Shown here: piece by piece, positions 29,301-37,718 of the stretch
How the letters are laid out: every line of letters starts with the position of its first letter
How positions within the stretch are numbered: position 1 is the stretch's first letter
Assembly: GCA_023953695.1 (NCBI GenBank)
Contig: JAMLJG010000005.1
Location: 7,477 to 71,476 of the forward strand
Direction of reading: 5' to 3'
Length of the DNA: 64,000 nucleotides
Origin: Kiritimatiellia bacterium
GTDB taxonomy: Bacteria; Verrucomicrobiota; Kiritimatiellia; CAIVKH01
Translations under genes and position numbers: made by a program
The notes under the pieces: generated by a model
What the model saw: only the letters and a program-made list of their open reading frames with translations
What the model was told of the DNA's origin: nothing
The model's database searches: none

Positions 29301-30242
29301 CGCGCGGCGAGCTTCAAGGTGGACGCCACAGTGGATGGCAACAACTGGTTCGGTATTAATCCGACCCACCTCTATAACGTTGTTGACATCGCCTCGACGA
29401 ATCCTGTCCAGACCTTGTGGCCATCGAACTATCCGGGCAGCAAGATCATCTCGGAAGGCATCTACGTCGGTTTCCATACGAACGCGTCGTTCTACGGTGG
29501 TCAAGTGCAGTATATCCGCCTTCTCGACATCACGGCGGGCATGACCCCGACGAATGTCAACGACATGTTCCGCGATGAACCCCGGCTTGCCCCACCCGTT
29601 CTCACGGGATTGTCGAACCGCTCCGTGAATGTGAGCAACACGCTCTCCTTCGCTGTGACGTTCACGAAGGAGCCTGCCGATGTCGTGACGCTGAGTGTGC
29701 AGAGCACGCTTGCCCCGGATCATTGGAGCTTCAGCGGCACGAACTTCACGTTCTCGCCGGTGGCTTCGGAGATCGGGCCGCATTCCTTCCTGTTCAAAGC
29801 ACAGGGCATTGACGGCTTTGATGAGAAGCTCATCACCATCACGGTGTTGCCGCAGAATCAAGACCCCACGGCTTATGAGCAGTGGGCGCAGGACAATGGA
29901 GTGGACCCGGATGGCCCCAATGGCGCTCCGACGGAAGATTACGACAATGATGGCATCACAAACGAAGAAGAGTTCTGGGCGGATACGTCACCTACCAATT
30001 CGGCTTCGTTCCCGCAGATCAAAGCGATCACTCTGTCGGGCCAGACTGTGAATGTTCAGGTGGACAAGGCGGGCGTGTCCCCGCGCATCTACGTCATTCA
30101 CTCGGCGACGGGTTTGGTGGGGAACGCCTTCGGGTGGTCGGTGCTGGGCACGAACAATAGCACGACGGGCATCCTTCCGATCAACAATCCGGACGATCCG
30201 GTGAAGCTCTTCAAGGTCACCGTCTATCCGCAGGGCCAATAG
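23325..30242 (+). CDS. Giant secreted multidomain alpha-amylase-family enzyme with two GH13 catalytic domains (2305 aa)
   Basis: Signal peptide. GH13 #1: DIVMNH / DGLRLDAGKH / FAEIL / WGHDE. GH13 #2: DGTFNH / DGLRCDFAQG / MAESL / VSHDE. Also a starch-binding CBM-like module (ITITYSP...VMHVGHS...W...VDVTFFDGGSTWD), DxDxDG Ca-binding motifs and a C-terminal Ig-like domain. Confidence 0.9.
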   Translation: MQRRYSFLAALVCALTVMFGTARGEVMMQWFETDWDEMYQKLPRAALAGYDSLWVPPPTKAPIGASTKWANVGYNLYDRFDIGDVPQRGTLETRYGSRGSLRAMVDNAHNLGIKIIPDIVMNHNANGPDFREYPGMRPTDFHVQWQEGYVNTLNFKRAPRMDQWYHNEGYGGTMWMDLAGLADIRTEDHPLNGDPKRFTGEKYGFNFVDGTSYFRHIGQYDLYPYAYTNELASEMLYRWIVWLGNAMDYDGLRLDAGKHVPYEFFGWKGSGFLHEAQWNYTQRRGYNFGGNPSDLFANDRDRTNAFIFAEILSPWSEIEYWYGQGNRNPMRFLDYGMKKTADGAFTGNMGGLGAYGSDFGPNAGVAYVWGHDEGPPGNSKINMAYAYILSHVGVPMVYYTGNNITWDNYGRGAYDPGNPTKNKTWMIPGYDSHVLGEGSGNPGAIMNLVWLNQNFARGGEWKRWDNDGDFFALERFDDLNGNGQPDSGEGIMVLALNDTGSDMTKNLDVSFPNGTVLKDYTGNNMNQVTVSGGKANITVPGNGGQGWVVYAPLSADGLVISVKDGASAAGTVAWVHPSGEHANDLTQEVLRVTNNTVTIEGLVTQVPSGINVDNLMMQWGGGRQLPVTNWFDQNRGRVSGRFHNMNRNNATNYSLTFSTTNLPEGLNIVKVRAFTERPSGYSAIYNTQSKVIYVDRHGPDLVLDVPSTFKGDAVLHISNPDFTAYEVFVKVDGGSEVKADMVMKGTFRYALTGLSAGSHTITVRATEYNYASTRTQINQSTSVTSVTAQAKDAGSLALAIDDADKTPGDNIAELPFFKVIASGHSGSAKLYWDGYELPWNGGNGTNIFNGEIVRRDNQGRVETNRLWGNFVNGPHIFELRQGSDVVAKRVVFNLYGANHVDSDGDGLPDNVEIPYFDQGAPGPDQFYPGDSNGNFVPDPGESWGRLNPYNHSTFFSTQWDDRNDFDGDGFSNGEEVRAGYFEDGNAYKYNIYSASSKPSGPPGTQPSSASAVPGIAVPGENITITYSPNDGALKSVGQVVMHVGHSKRTMGSWQDVLDISMSKSGTNWTAVYAVSNNATSVDVTFFDGGSTWDGRDWQFQVAGASSNRFVMDAALDSSAYEIAEYNGMKLWAAVRGTKLYVATWGTGPYSGITNDHFIMIGKDIGDATPNPWVKQGYTFLGTNFLYLGAEGGNQWSGWFNSADPNAVSSNSNLNGTYNYLEGEIDLVDQFGSTPAALYIAVGVFAGNDGDPMVAQVPARWGDNNSNIEVTELLRVPLASIRDEDGDGNFDGGSPMLWTVVNGNTNDANYGLRRFFLDELRNDQEQLTVILQPNAGGTNVVTAVELFSNLNRRDRAKLPGDEDPNDVTTTSLDTYYLAYTMNDIGGGRYSVTVPVNRTGVYRINARYKINNGPWRYYTDNGLRRDTAVVVSPKKALDTTVYELNPLTAEAKTDQFAGRSTFRNMYLDDNDRPNGISTNKLKQLGVNMVWLQPIHPIGTVGRDIDPSTSLPYDPGSPYAVKDYWQVNPVLGTDNTAASALQEFTNFVHQYDANGIGVMLDGTFNHSAWDAQVGQMAVEMDLKNNQGVTLNPSDLISSVRVGWYSKRDSYGEPATYFNSTGDTDIAVAPDRFDFGKWNDAADFLFGKYDALVQKAPANTNWTWSSGWSQRYLREDDRFEGYSTDATRELWEYFANYPIYWLEKTGHPVGTPKSESYKGIDGLRCDFAQGLPNQFWEYAINKTRTVKWDFLFMAESLDGYSTVNGSNRHGVGYRSARQFDILNENILYLWRNDFFNYRTYPDQTNSNPNRKTGVIFNAFDVRKNAFEMSPVLLNLVSHDEIFPTDDQWSLAYAYAINGAMDGVPMLFYGQESGAQNDYTNYNARSDFGIDAKNNFARYELNFGKSIPHFKRYNHMTNIWNASWSSQLRATYNRINWARMNSPALRSQQNYFLADKATTNWNPDIFAVAKFQKPGVSAATQDVVFAFVNNDFRANQSRAASFKVDATVDGNNWFGINPTHLYNVVDIASTNPVQTLWPSNYPGSKIISEGIYVGFHTNASFYGGQVQYIRLLDITAGMTPTNVNDMFRDEPRLAPPVLTGLSNRSVNVSNTLSFAVTFTKEPADVVTLSVQSTLAPDHWSFSGTNFTFSPVASEIGPHSFLFKAQGIDGFDEKLITITVLPQNQDPTAYEQWAQDNGVDPDGPNGAPTEDYDNDGITNEEEFWADTSPTNSASFPQIKAITLSGQTVNVQVDKAGVSPRIYVIHSATGLVGNAFGWSVLGTNNSTTGILPINNPDDPVKLFKVTVYPQGQ

Positions 30243-30267
30243 AGGCCCTGCGCGAGAGGGGAGAGTC

Positions 30268-30984
30268 GTGGAGATGCACGCAGGCACAAGCCGCATTTGT
30301 GTGGCGCAGCCCCTGAAAAGGGGGCTGTGCCTCGCGGTGCTCTGGCTTGCGTGGGCGAGTGTCGCAGGTGCACAGACTCTTTCCTACACCGTGGATTTCC
30401 GAGGGAGCCGCGTTGCCACTCAGCAGGTGACACTTGCGTTTGCAGACGGCGCGCTGACGGCCCGTTCAGAATTTGCTGCCGAACTGCCCGTGTTTGTCGC
30501 CCATCATCGCTTGGCAGAGGATCTATCCGTCACGTATTCGACGAACGGAAGTGTGCTGAAAATCCGCTCGAAAATTGTGGATGGCGCCAGACAAGTGGAA
30601 GTTAATGCAGATGTGGAATCGGATGGCGTGTTGCGCGTAATTCGCACCGAGATGGCGGGAGTCACCACCAATTTCATTGCCCGCGAGGATTATGACTTCA
30701 ACTCGCTTGCGATCTATGGGAATGCGCCAAGCAATTTTATTCCGAGCAACGCTTCGCCCGCCCGGGTGCTGGATGTGGCGGAGGGTCGTGTCGTTCCCGT
30801 GACTCTTTCGACCAGTTTGGAGAGCACCACGTTCGAGCGGCAAAATCTGACCACCGTCCACACGGTGTGGACCGAGGGGATTAATGTATCCCATACGTGG
30901 CATCCGGAGCGTTTTTCCAATCTGCCCCAGCGCTATATTCGCCAGACGAGCGAGGGCGAATTCACGTTTACACTGATTCGGTGA
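30268..30984 (+). CDS. Hypothetical secreted beta-rich protein (DUF6134-like)
   Basis: Signal-like N-terminus ending AGAQ and a beta-strand pattern; operonic position. Confidence 0.6.
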   Translation: MEMHAGTSRICVAQPLKRGLCLAVLWLAWASVAGAQTLSYTVDFRGSRVATQQVTLAFADGALTARSEFAAELPVFVAHHRLAEDLSVTYSTNGSVLKIRSKIVDGARQVEVNADVESDGVLRVIRTEMAGVTTNFIAREDYDFNSLAIYGNAPSNFIPSNASPARVLDVAEGRVVPVTLSTSLESTTFERQNLTTVHTVWTEGINVSHTWHPERFSNLPQRYIRQTSEGEFTFTLIR

Positions 30985-31030
30985 CGTGTTCGGGGTTGCG
31001 TCAGGGCAGACGCTTTCGCATTATCCCGCC

Positions 31031-32011
31031 ATGCAGCCAGATCCATCAGCGCCCGCCGTTTCCGTCGTCATCCCCGTATACAATGAGGACGAGAGCGTAA
31101 ATCTCCTTTGCGATAAGCTTCACGCCTCCCTTTCCGGGCTGAACCGCAGTTACGAAATGATCCTCGTGGACGATGGGAGTTCGGATCGCACGTGGGAGTA
31201 TCTGGTGGCGGCGACGAAACGAATCCCTCATTTGCGCATAATTCGGTTCCGCCGCAACTTCGGACAGACCGCGGCCATGAGCGCTGGATTTGCGGCCGCG
31301 CGCGGCGATGTGGTGGTCACACTCGATGCCGACTTGCAGAATGACCCTGCGGACATTCCGAAACTGCTGGAGCGGGTGGATCAGGGATTCGATGTGGTCA
31401 GCGGCTGGCGGAAGAATCGAAAGGATACCTTCATCAATCGGCGGCTTCCCTCCATCATTGCCAATGGCATGATCAGCCGGATGACGGGCGTGGCGCTGCA
31501 CGACTACGGGTGCACGCTAAAGGCGTATCGGCGCGATGTGATCAAGAACGTGCACTTGTATGGCGAGATGCATCGCTTCATTCCTGCGTTGGCCAGTTGG
31601 GTGGGAGGGCGCATAGATGAAGTGGTCGTCAATCACCATGCACGCCAATTTGGTAAATCGAAGTACGGTATTTCGCGGACATTCCGAGTCGTCTTGGATT
31701 TGATGACTGTGAAGTTTCTGCTGCAATATAGCACGCGTCCGATTCAAGTATTTGGCCGAATTGGATTGCTTTGCGGCGGCCTTGCGTCGCTGATGCTCGG
31801 CGCATTGGTTGTGGACCGCGTTTTCCATCTGGCCGATCCTTTTCTGTTGAAGCGGCCGTTCTGGGTCATCACCCCACTGATGCTGATGGCGTTCTGCATG
31901 CAGTTCATCAGCATGGGGCTGCTGGCCGAAATGCAGATTCGCACCTATCACGAATCGCAAAACAAGCCGATCTATGTGATTCGCGAGACAGCCGAGTCGC
32001 CCTCCGCATGA
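31031..32011 (+). CDS. GT2 polyprenyl-phosphate glycosyltransferase (ArnC/DPM1-like)
   Basis: SVVIPVYNE, VDDGSSD, RNFGQTAA, DADLQNDP, two C-terminal TM helices. Confidence 0.92.
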   Translation: MQPDPSAPAVSVVIPVYNEDESVNLLCDKLHASLSGLNRSYEMILVDDGSSDRTWEYLVAATKRIPHLRIIRFRRNFGQTAAMSAGFAAARGDVVVTLDADLQNDPADIPKLLERVDQGFDVVSGWRKNRKDTFINRRLPSIIANGMISRMTGVALHDYGCTLKAYRRDVIKNVHLYGEMHRFIPALASWVGGRIDEVVVNHHARQFGKSKYGISRTFRVVLDLMTVKFLLQYSTRPIQVFGRIGLLCGGLASLMLGALVVDRVFHLADPFLLKRPFWVITPLMLMAFCMQFISMGLLAEMQIRTYHESQNKPIYVIRETAESPSA

Positions 32012-32018
32012 TTGGCAC

Positions 32019-32909
32019 ATGCTGATTCTTGCTCAGGCCGAGGCGATCCAGGCGACCCCGCTGGAGTCCGAGTTGATGCAGCGCGCGGGGGCGATTGGAC
32101 TTTTCTATCTTGTACTGACCCTTGCCGGTTTCGCCGTGCTGGGTGGATTGGCCGCGCGCTGGCGACGCCAGCCCCCTCCGCTGCGCGTCGCGTTGGCACG
32201 GCTGCTGGATCGGCCCTGGCACGCCGCGGATGTGTGGCGGTTATTGGCCATTCTTGCGATAGGATTCGCGTGCGTGTTTCTGCTGCAGCAACCCTGGACG
32301 GCTCTGATGGCAAGGGTGGGGATATCGCAGGAATCGGGTCTGCTTTTTCTCCAGAGCCTGCTCTTTCATGTGGTGGGTTTGAGCGCGGTTGCCTTCCACC
32401 TCGCGAAGCAGCGCCGAACTTGGCGCGACGCATTCGGATTTTCGGGCGCCCGGCTGCCGGTGGATTTTACGAAGGGTCTGTTCGCGCTGCTGGCGTCCAT
32501 TCCCGCCCTGCTGGGGATCACGCTTCTCTTTCATCTGGTCCTCAATTTGTTGGGCCATCAACCGTCGCTACAGGATGTGGCGTTGGCCATCGCCGATGAG
32601 CCAAACCGCTGGGCGAAGATCTATTTCGTCTTTCTTGCCGTTTGCCTCGCGCCACTTTTTGAGGAGGTCCTCTTTCGCGGCATCATCCTTCCGGTCGTGG
32701 CCCGCCGTTTTGGCGCGTGGGCGGGGCTCCTGTTGACATCGTTCCTTTTCGCCGCGATTCACGGGCATCTCCCATCCTTTGGAACACTTTTCGCCTTTGC
32801 GTTTGCGCTCGGATCGGCCTATATCCTGACCGGTTCGCTTGCGGTGGCGATTGCCATGCACGCGTGCTTTAACGGAATCACTGTGGCTATTTTGCTGGCG
32901 ATGCCATGA
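32019..32909 (+). CDS. CPBP (CAAX/Abi) family intramembrane metalloprotease
   Basis: APLFEEVLFRG, FAAIH and HACFN motifs. Confidence 0.9.
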   Translation: MLILAQAEAIQATPLESELMQRAGAIGLFYLVLTLAGFAVLGGLAARWRRQPPPLRVALARLLDRPWHAADVWRLLAILAIGFACVFLLQQPWTALMARVGISQESGLLFLQSLLFHVVGLSAVAFHLAKQRRTWRDAFGFSGARLPVDFTKGLFALLASIPALLGITLLFHLVLNLLGHQPSLQDVALAIADEPNRWAKIYFVFLAVCLAPLFEEVLFRGIILPVVARRFGAWAGLLLTSFLFAAIHGHLPSFGTLFAFAFALGSAYILTGSLAVAIAMHACFNGITVAILLAMP

Positions 32910-33871
32910 GAAGAGAAAAGACGCTGGATGCAGTTGGAGAACGTGAGCTGATCCGCTTGCTGATGGGGGCACCTTATTCGGATCCCGCGGTTCTCATCGG
33001 CCCCGGCGACGATGCGGCTGTGGTGCGTCCGCGCCCGGGGCGCGAGGTCGTCTTGAAAGCCGATGCGATCGTCGAAAATGTGCACTTCCTGCCCGATTCG
33101 GCTCCCTTTTGGATTGGGCACAAAGCGGCGGCTCGCGTTTTGAGCGATTTCGCGGCCATGGGAGCCACTCCGCGCCACTTGCTTGTCAGTCTTGCGGCGC
33201 CAGGTCGGACGCCCGTCTCGCGGGTGAAGGGCATCTACAAAGGGTTGCGGGATTTGTGCGAAGCGTTCGGTGTGAGTGTCGTGGGTGGCGAGACGGTGAC
33301 CGCATCGGAGTTGGCTCTTCATATTTTTGGCGCCGGTGAACTTCCGCGCGGCCGCGCATTGACGCGGAGCGGGGCGAAACCGGGTGATGTCGTGATGGTG
33401 ACCGGCGCGCTCGGAGGCAGCATTCGCGGAAAGCATTTGCGATTCGAACCGCGCGTGAGGGAGGGCCAGTGGCTATCCGCCGGCAACTGGGCAACGGCGG
33501 CGATAGATGTCAGCGATGGCTTGGCGACGGATCTTTTTCACCTCGCAGAGGCCAGCGGTGTCCATGTGGATCTGGACGCGGCGAGCATTCCGATTGCGAG
33601 CGCGGCTCGCGCCATGAAGACCCCGCGTGATCCCCTGCGTCGCGCTCTATTTGACGGCGAGGACTTCGAGTTGATTTTCACTGTTCGGCCCCGTCGGGTT
33701 GAGTCCTTCTTCCACGCCTGGCGCGAGCGTTTCGATTTGCGCGTCACCGCCATCGGGCTCATTGGGCGGGGTGCGGGGCCTATTTGCTTGCACCGTGGGG
33801 GGCAGGAACTTGTCGAACTCACGAACGGCGGATATGAGCACTTTTCTCGCAATTCCGCGTCCACCACTTGA
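32906..33871 (+). CDS. thiL: Thiamine-monophosphate kinase
   Basis: GERELI, GPGDDAAV, SDFAAMGATP, GGET, IDVSDGL, GEDFELIFT. Confidence 0.93.
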   Translation: MRREKTLDAVGERELIRLLMGAPYSDPAVLIGPGDDAAVVRPRPGREVVLKADAIVENVHFLPDSAPFWIGHKAAARVLSDFAAMGATPRHLLVSLAAPGRTPVSRVKGIYKGLRDLCEAFGVSVVGGETVTASELALHIFGAGELPRGRALTRSGAKPGDVVMVTGALGGSIRGKHLRFEPRVREGQWLSAGNWATAAIDVSDGLATDLFHLAEASGVHVDLDAASIPIASAARAMKTPRDPLRRALFDGEDFELIFTVRPRRVESFFHAWRERFDLRVTAIGLIGRGAGPICLHRGGQELVELTNGGYEHFSRNSASTT

Positions 33872-33911
33872 CCGCACAGGCCAAACAAGCGACATTCGCC
33901 ATTCTCTATCT

Positions 33912-34700
33912 ATGCAACTCGAACAGGCCACCGTCATCGCGCATGCTCCGATCCAAGGGAGCTACAATCTTTTGCAGATGCGCGCGCCTGGCGTAGCCGC
34001 GCGGGTGCAGCCGGGCCAGTTCATTCACGTGAAGGTGCCGTATTTGGAGGAGTGTATTCTCCGCCGTCCGTTCAGCATCTTTCGCGCGGATGGAGAGTCG
34101 CTTTCGATCCTGTACAAAGACGTCGGCAAGGGCACGCGCACCTTGCAGTATCTTGAGCCGGGCGAGTCGTTGAGCATTCTAGGGCCGTTGGGACACGGCT
34201 TTCCCGAAGTGAGCGCAGGGCATTTCCCCGTGCTCATCGCGGGAGGCTATGGTATGGCGGCTCTCTATCTGGTCGCGCAGCGATCGCCCGTGAAAGGCGT
34301 CGCATTTTTCGGCGGCCGCTCCGCACAGGACATTTTGTGCGTGCCGGAGTTTGAGGCGCTCGGATGGAAGGTTCTCGTGACCACGGAGGATGGCAGTTTG
34401 GGGCAGCGCGGATTGGTGACCGATGCCTTGGATGCGTGGTGGGCGCGAGAAGGAAGCGCGCACTCGCCGGAGCTATTTGTTTGTGGACCGGGCGGCATGC
34501 TCAAGGCGGCGGCGCGGCGTGCGGAAGAGCGCAACTGCCCGGCCTGGACCTCGGTGGATAACAACATGGGCTGCGGCGTCGGCGCGTGTTTGACGTGTGT
34601 GCTGAAGGTGAAAGATGGCGAGTCGTGGACCTGGGCTCGCGCGTGTCGCGAAGGGCCTGTTTTCAACTCGCGCGATATTCTCTGGGAGGAGCTGGCGTGA
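33912..34700 (+). CDS. pyrK: Dihydroorotate dehydrogenase electron transfer subunit
   Basis: PGQF, LRRPFS, GPLGHGF, CGPGGM, MGCGVGACLTC...C 2Fe-2S motif. Confidence 0.93.
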   Translation: MQLEQATVIAHAPIQGSYNLLQMRAPGVAARVQPGQFIHVKVPYLEECILRRPFSIFRADGESLSILYKDVGKGTRTLQYLEPGESLSILGPLGHGFPEVSAGHFPVLIAGGYGMAALYLVAQRSPVKGVAFFGGRSAQDILCVPEFEALGWKVLVTTEDGSLGQRGLVTDALDAWWAREGSAHSPELFVCGPGGMLKAAARRAEERNCPAWTSVDNNMGCGVGACLTCVLKVKDGESWTWARACREGPVFNSRDILWEELA

Positions 34701-35611
34701 AGCCCGATCTCTCGACGAACATCGGTGGCATCCGCATGAAAAATCCGGTGATGACCGCATCGGGCACCTTCGGATACGGCCCTGAGTACGCGGACTTGGT
34801 GGACATCAATCAACTCGGCGCGATTGTCGTCAAGGGCATCTGCCTGCATCCGACGAAGGGCAACGAATTGCCGCGCACAACCGAAGTCGCCAGCGGCTTG
34901 CTCAATGCGATCGGATTGCCGGGGCCGGGCGTGGATGGCTTTGTCCGCGAGTATATGCCGTTTCTACGCACCTACGATACGCCGGTGGTGGTGAATATCT
35001 GGGGCAAAACGATCGAGGAGTATGCTGAAGTCGCCGCGCGGTTTGATTCGGTTCCTGGGATAGCGGGCCTCGAGGTGAATGTCTCCTGTCCGAACATCAA
35101 GGAAGGAAGCGCGGTGTTCGGAACGGATATCAAGATGTTTGAGCGTGTGGTGAAAGCGATTCGCAGTGCGACGCGGCTTCCGCTGATTCCCAAATTGGCG
35201 CCGAATGTGAGCGACATCGCGGAGTACGCGCGCTGCGCCGAGGCTTGTGGCGCCGATGCGATTTCGCTGATCAACTCCTTCCCGTCACTGGCGGTGAATC
35301 TGGACACGCGCCGCCCCATTTTAGCGAACAAGACGGGTGGGCTGAGCGGGCCCGCCATCAAGCCGATTGCACTGCGATTGGTGTGGCTGGCCGCCCAGGC
35401 GGTTGAGATTCCCGTCGTGGCTATGGGTGGTATTTCCTGCGCGAGGGATGCATTGGAGTTCCTGTTGGTGGGCGCAAGTGCCGTTGCGGTCGGAACGGCG
35501 AGTTTTGTCTATCCCGACACTGCGCTTCGCGTCGCCGCGGGAATTGGCGATTTTCTGGAGAAGGAAGGCATCGCGTCGCTTTCCGATTGGGTCGGCTCCA
35601 TCAAGGCATGA
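34697..35611 (+). CDS. pyrD: Dihydroorotate dehydrogenase (NAD+) catalytic subunit, class 1B
   Basis: KNPVMTASGTFGYG, NAIGL, NVSCPN, KLAPNV, GGLSGPAIKP; GTG overlaps the pyrK stop. Confidence 0.95.
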   Translation: MKPDLSTNIGGIRMKNPVMTASGTFGYGPEYADLVDINQLGAIVVKGICLHPTKGNELPRTTEVASGLLNAIGLPGPGVDGFVREYMPFLRTYDTPVVVNIWGKTIEEYAEVAARFDSVPGIAGLEVNVSCPNIKEGSAVFGTDIKMFERVVKAIRSATRLPLIPKLAPNVSDIAEYARCAEACGADAISLINSFPSLAVNLDTRRPILANKTGGLSGPAIKPIALRLVWLAAQAVEIPVVAMGGISCARDALEFLLVGASAVAVGTASFVYPDTALRVAAGIGDFLEKEGIASLSDWVGSIKA

Positions 35612-37182
35612 AACGGCGTCCACTCTCTTTCTGGGTCTTGCTGCTGGCGGGGTGTCTCGCCACGATCTGGTGGGCGTTCTATGTGCCTCACAATCCGCAG
35701 GCGCTATTTCGCGCCATCCCCGCTCAGGCTTCGTGGTTGACCTCGCACGAAAATCTGGCGTCGCGGTGGGACACGATTTCTTCGAATCCGCTACTGGCCA
35801 GTTTGGCGAGCGCCCTCGAGGTGGAGTCGGAAGAGTGGGAGGAACTGGCCCAAAGTGAAGACACGCGAAAGTTCCTCGAATTGCTCGCGCACGATGAGGT
35901 GGTGCTCGCCTACGTGCCGGAGCTGCGGGCCACGGGGCGACCGGCATGGGTATTTGGCTCGTGGGTGGGCGGTCGAAGTCAGCGTTTTCGCTGGATGCTC
36001 AATTCCATCAAGGACCCCAATCTTCGCCGTGCGGCGAGTCGAAATGGTTGGAATGTTTGGGTGTGGACGCCCCAAGGCCTTGCGGATGGCACACGGATCA
36101 CCTTTGCGCTTGTGGAGGGCATGTTGGTGGGGTGCATCGCACCCGACACGCTGGGCATTGAAGATGTGTTGATGTGTTACGACGGCCATTTGCCCTCGCT
36201 TGCCGAGGACGCGGAGGCGCGCAGCGCACTCACTCGCGATGCGCTGGATTGGGGCTGGGTGCGAATGCCGCAGGGCAATGGATGGGGGCCGCGCATTCAC
36301 TACGCGGTGAATCTGCAATCGGGCGGGGCTCTTGCGGGGCAGTTGTACCTTCCGAGTGCGCCGACGCTCTCGACGCCTGCGCCGTCGGCAAATCAGTTGG
36401 ATGACTTTGCGCGTCTTCTCGGCGAACACCCCGCCGCAGCGCTGATCGTGGACCGTGCGCTCGCTCGATGGTGGCTTGACGGGGCGCTGAAGAGTCCGGT
36501 GGGTCGAGAGGTGGAGACCCTTCTGCGCGGTGACGAATCGGGTTCTGTTGCGTTAGCGCTTGTTGGAGGAGCGTATAGCGGCCGCTTCATGGCCGTGCGC
36601 TTGCCAGCTCTGCTCGCGGCGGTCACATCGGCTGACCCCGTTCGGGCGGCGCAGGGGATGCGAAGCGCGTTTGATCGCCTCAATGCGGCGACCCCGTGGG
36701 GCTTGGTTCCGCAGCCCGTTTCGGTCGGCACGCAGCGCGTCTTTGCGATTGAGTCGACCGGCCGCTCACCGTATGCGAGTGGAGATGCCAAGGAGCGAAT
36801 CGCGTATGTTCCCATGCAGCAGTCGCTCGCCTTTTCGAGCAATCTCGAGACGTTGACAAAGCTCCTGCGCGAAGCGCAGCAAAATGCCGGAGGCGCGGAA
36901 TCGGTGTTGTCGCAAGGCGCGCAGCGCATGCGCGATCATCACGCGCTTGGGTATCTGTGGGTCAATCTGGAAGAGGGCGCGAAACTTTTGCGACTGGCTG
37001 TGACAGCATGGTCGCTGAAATTGTTGGTCGAAAATCCCCAAGGATCGCAGGAGATGCGGCAGAAGCTCAATGAAGCGAAAGCGTGGATTGATGCCATGGC
37101 GCCGCAGAAAATCTTGCAGATTTGGGTGCGGCCTCGACAGAATTTGTTGGAGTACGAGTTCAAACTGGGTGGTGATGAATGA
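35608..37182 (+). CDS. Hypothetical membrane-anchored protein
   Basis: N-terminal TM; overlaps the pyrD stop and the pgpA start (translational coupling); no family recognised. Confidence 0.7.
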   Translation: MKRRPLSFWVLLLAGCLATIWWAFYVPHNPQALFRAIPAQASWLTSHENLASRWDTISSNPLLASLASALEVESEEWEELAQSEDTRKFLELLAHDEVVLAYVPELRATGRPAWVFGSWVGGRSQRFRWMLNSIKDPNLRRAASRNGWNVWVWTPQGLADGTRITFALVEGMLVGCIAPDTLGIEDVLMCYDGHLPSLAEDAEARSALTRDALDWGWVRMPQGNGWGPRIHYAVNLQSGGALAGQLYLPSAPTLSTPAPSANQLDDFARLLGEHPAAALIVDRALARWWLDGALKSPVGREVETLLRGDESGSVALALVGGAYSGRFMAVRLPALLAAVTSADPVRAAQGMRSAFDRLNAATPWGLVPQPVSVGTQRVFAIESTGRSPYASGDAKERIAYVPMQQSLAFSSNLETLTKLLREAQQNAGGAESVLSQGAQRMRDHHALGYLWVNLEEGAKLLRLAVTAWSLKLLVENPQGSQEMRQKLNEAKAWIDAMAPQKILQIWVRPRQNLLEYEFKLGGDE

Positions 37183-37661
37183 AAAAAATTCTCGCATTTA
37201 TCGGCAGTGGGTTTGGCCTCGGCTATAGCCCCTTTGCACCGGGCACAGTTGGCTGCCTCTTGGGGTTGCCGCTCGCGTGGTGGATCAACACTCGCTTTGA
37301 CGTTCCGGGCCAGATCGTCGCCGCGATTGTGTGCACGCTGATTGCGATCCCTTTGAGTCAGGCCGTGGAAGATGTTACTCAGCGCAAAGACCCCAAGCCG
37401 TGTGTTGCCGATGAGTATTTGACTTTTCCCATTTGCATGATTGGCCTGCCGGTCTGGGATCACCCGCACGGACTCCTCGTGATGGGCTTCGCCTTTTTGA
37501 CCAATCGCTTCTTCGACATCATGAAGTTTTGGCCCGCCAATGGCCTGCAGCGGCTCAAGGGCGGCGTCGGCATTGTGATTGACGATGTTTTCGCCGCGCT
37601 CTACGCGCTTGCTGTGAATCACGGCGCTTATTGGGCTGCTCAGCACTACGGACTGCTATAG
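37179..37661 (+). CDS. pgpA: Phosphatidylglycerophosphatase A
   Basis: GFGLGYSPFAPGTVG, DP..V.DE, RFFDIMK.WP, GIVIDDV. Confidence 0.92.
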   Translation: MKKILAFIGSGFGLGYSPFAPGTVGCLLGLPLAWWINTRFDVPGQIVAAIVCTLIAIPLSQAVEDVTQRKDPKPCVADEYLTFPICMIGLPVWDHPHGLLVMGFAFLTNRFFDIMKFWPANGLQRLKGGVGIVIDDVFAALYALAVNHGAYWAAQHYGLL

Positions 37662-37718
37662 GCGTTGTTGGGCCGGCGCGGTTTGCCGAGCTATGTCTCG
37701 CAGCGGCCCGATCTGCTG

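Noticed and set aside
23346-29861. Long antisense ORFs within the amylase (23346-25067, 27018-28031, 28170-29861) and similar ones opposite purH, gldG and DUF2723
   Set aside because: Expected stop-poor antisense frames from GC-rich codon bias; no domain signatures.
32019-32909. CAAX 'Abi' protease as a phage-defence gene
   Set aside because: The Abi label of the CPBP family is historical; the gene is embedded in a housekeeping operon with host-like composition.
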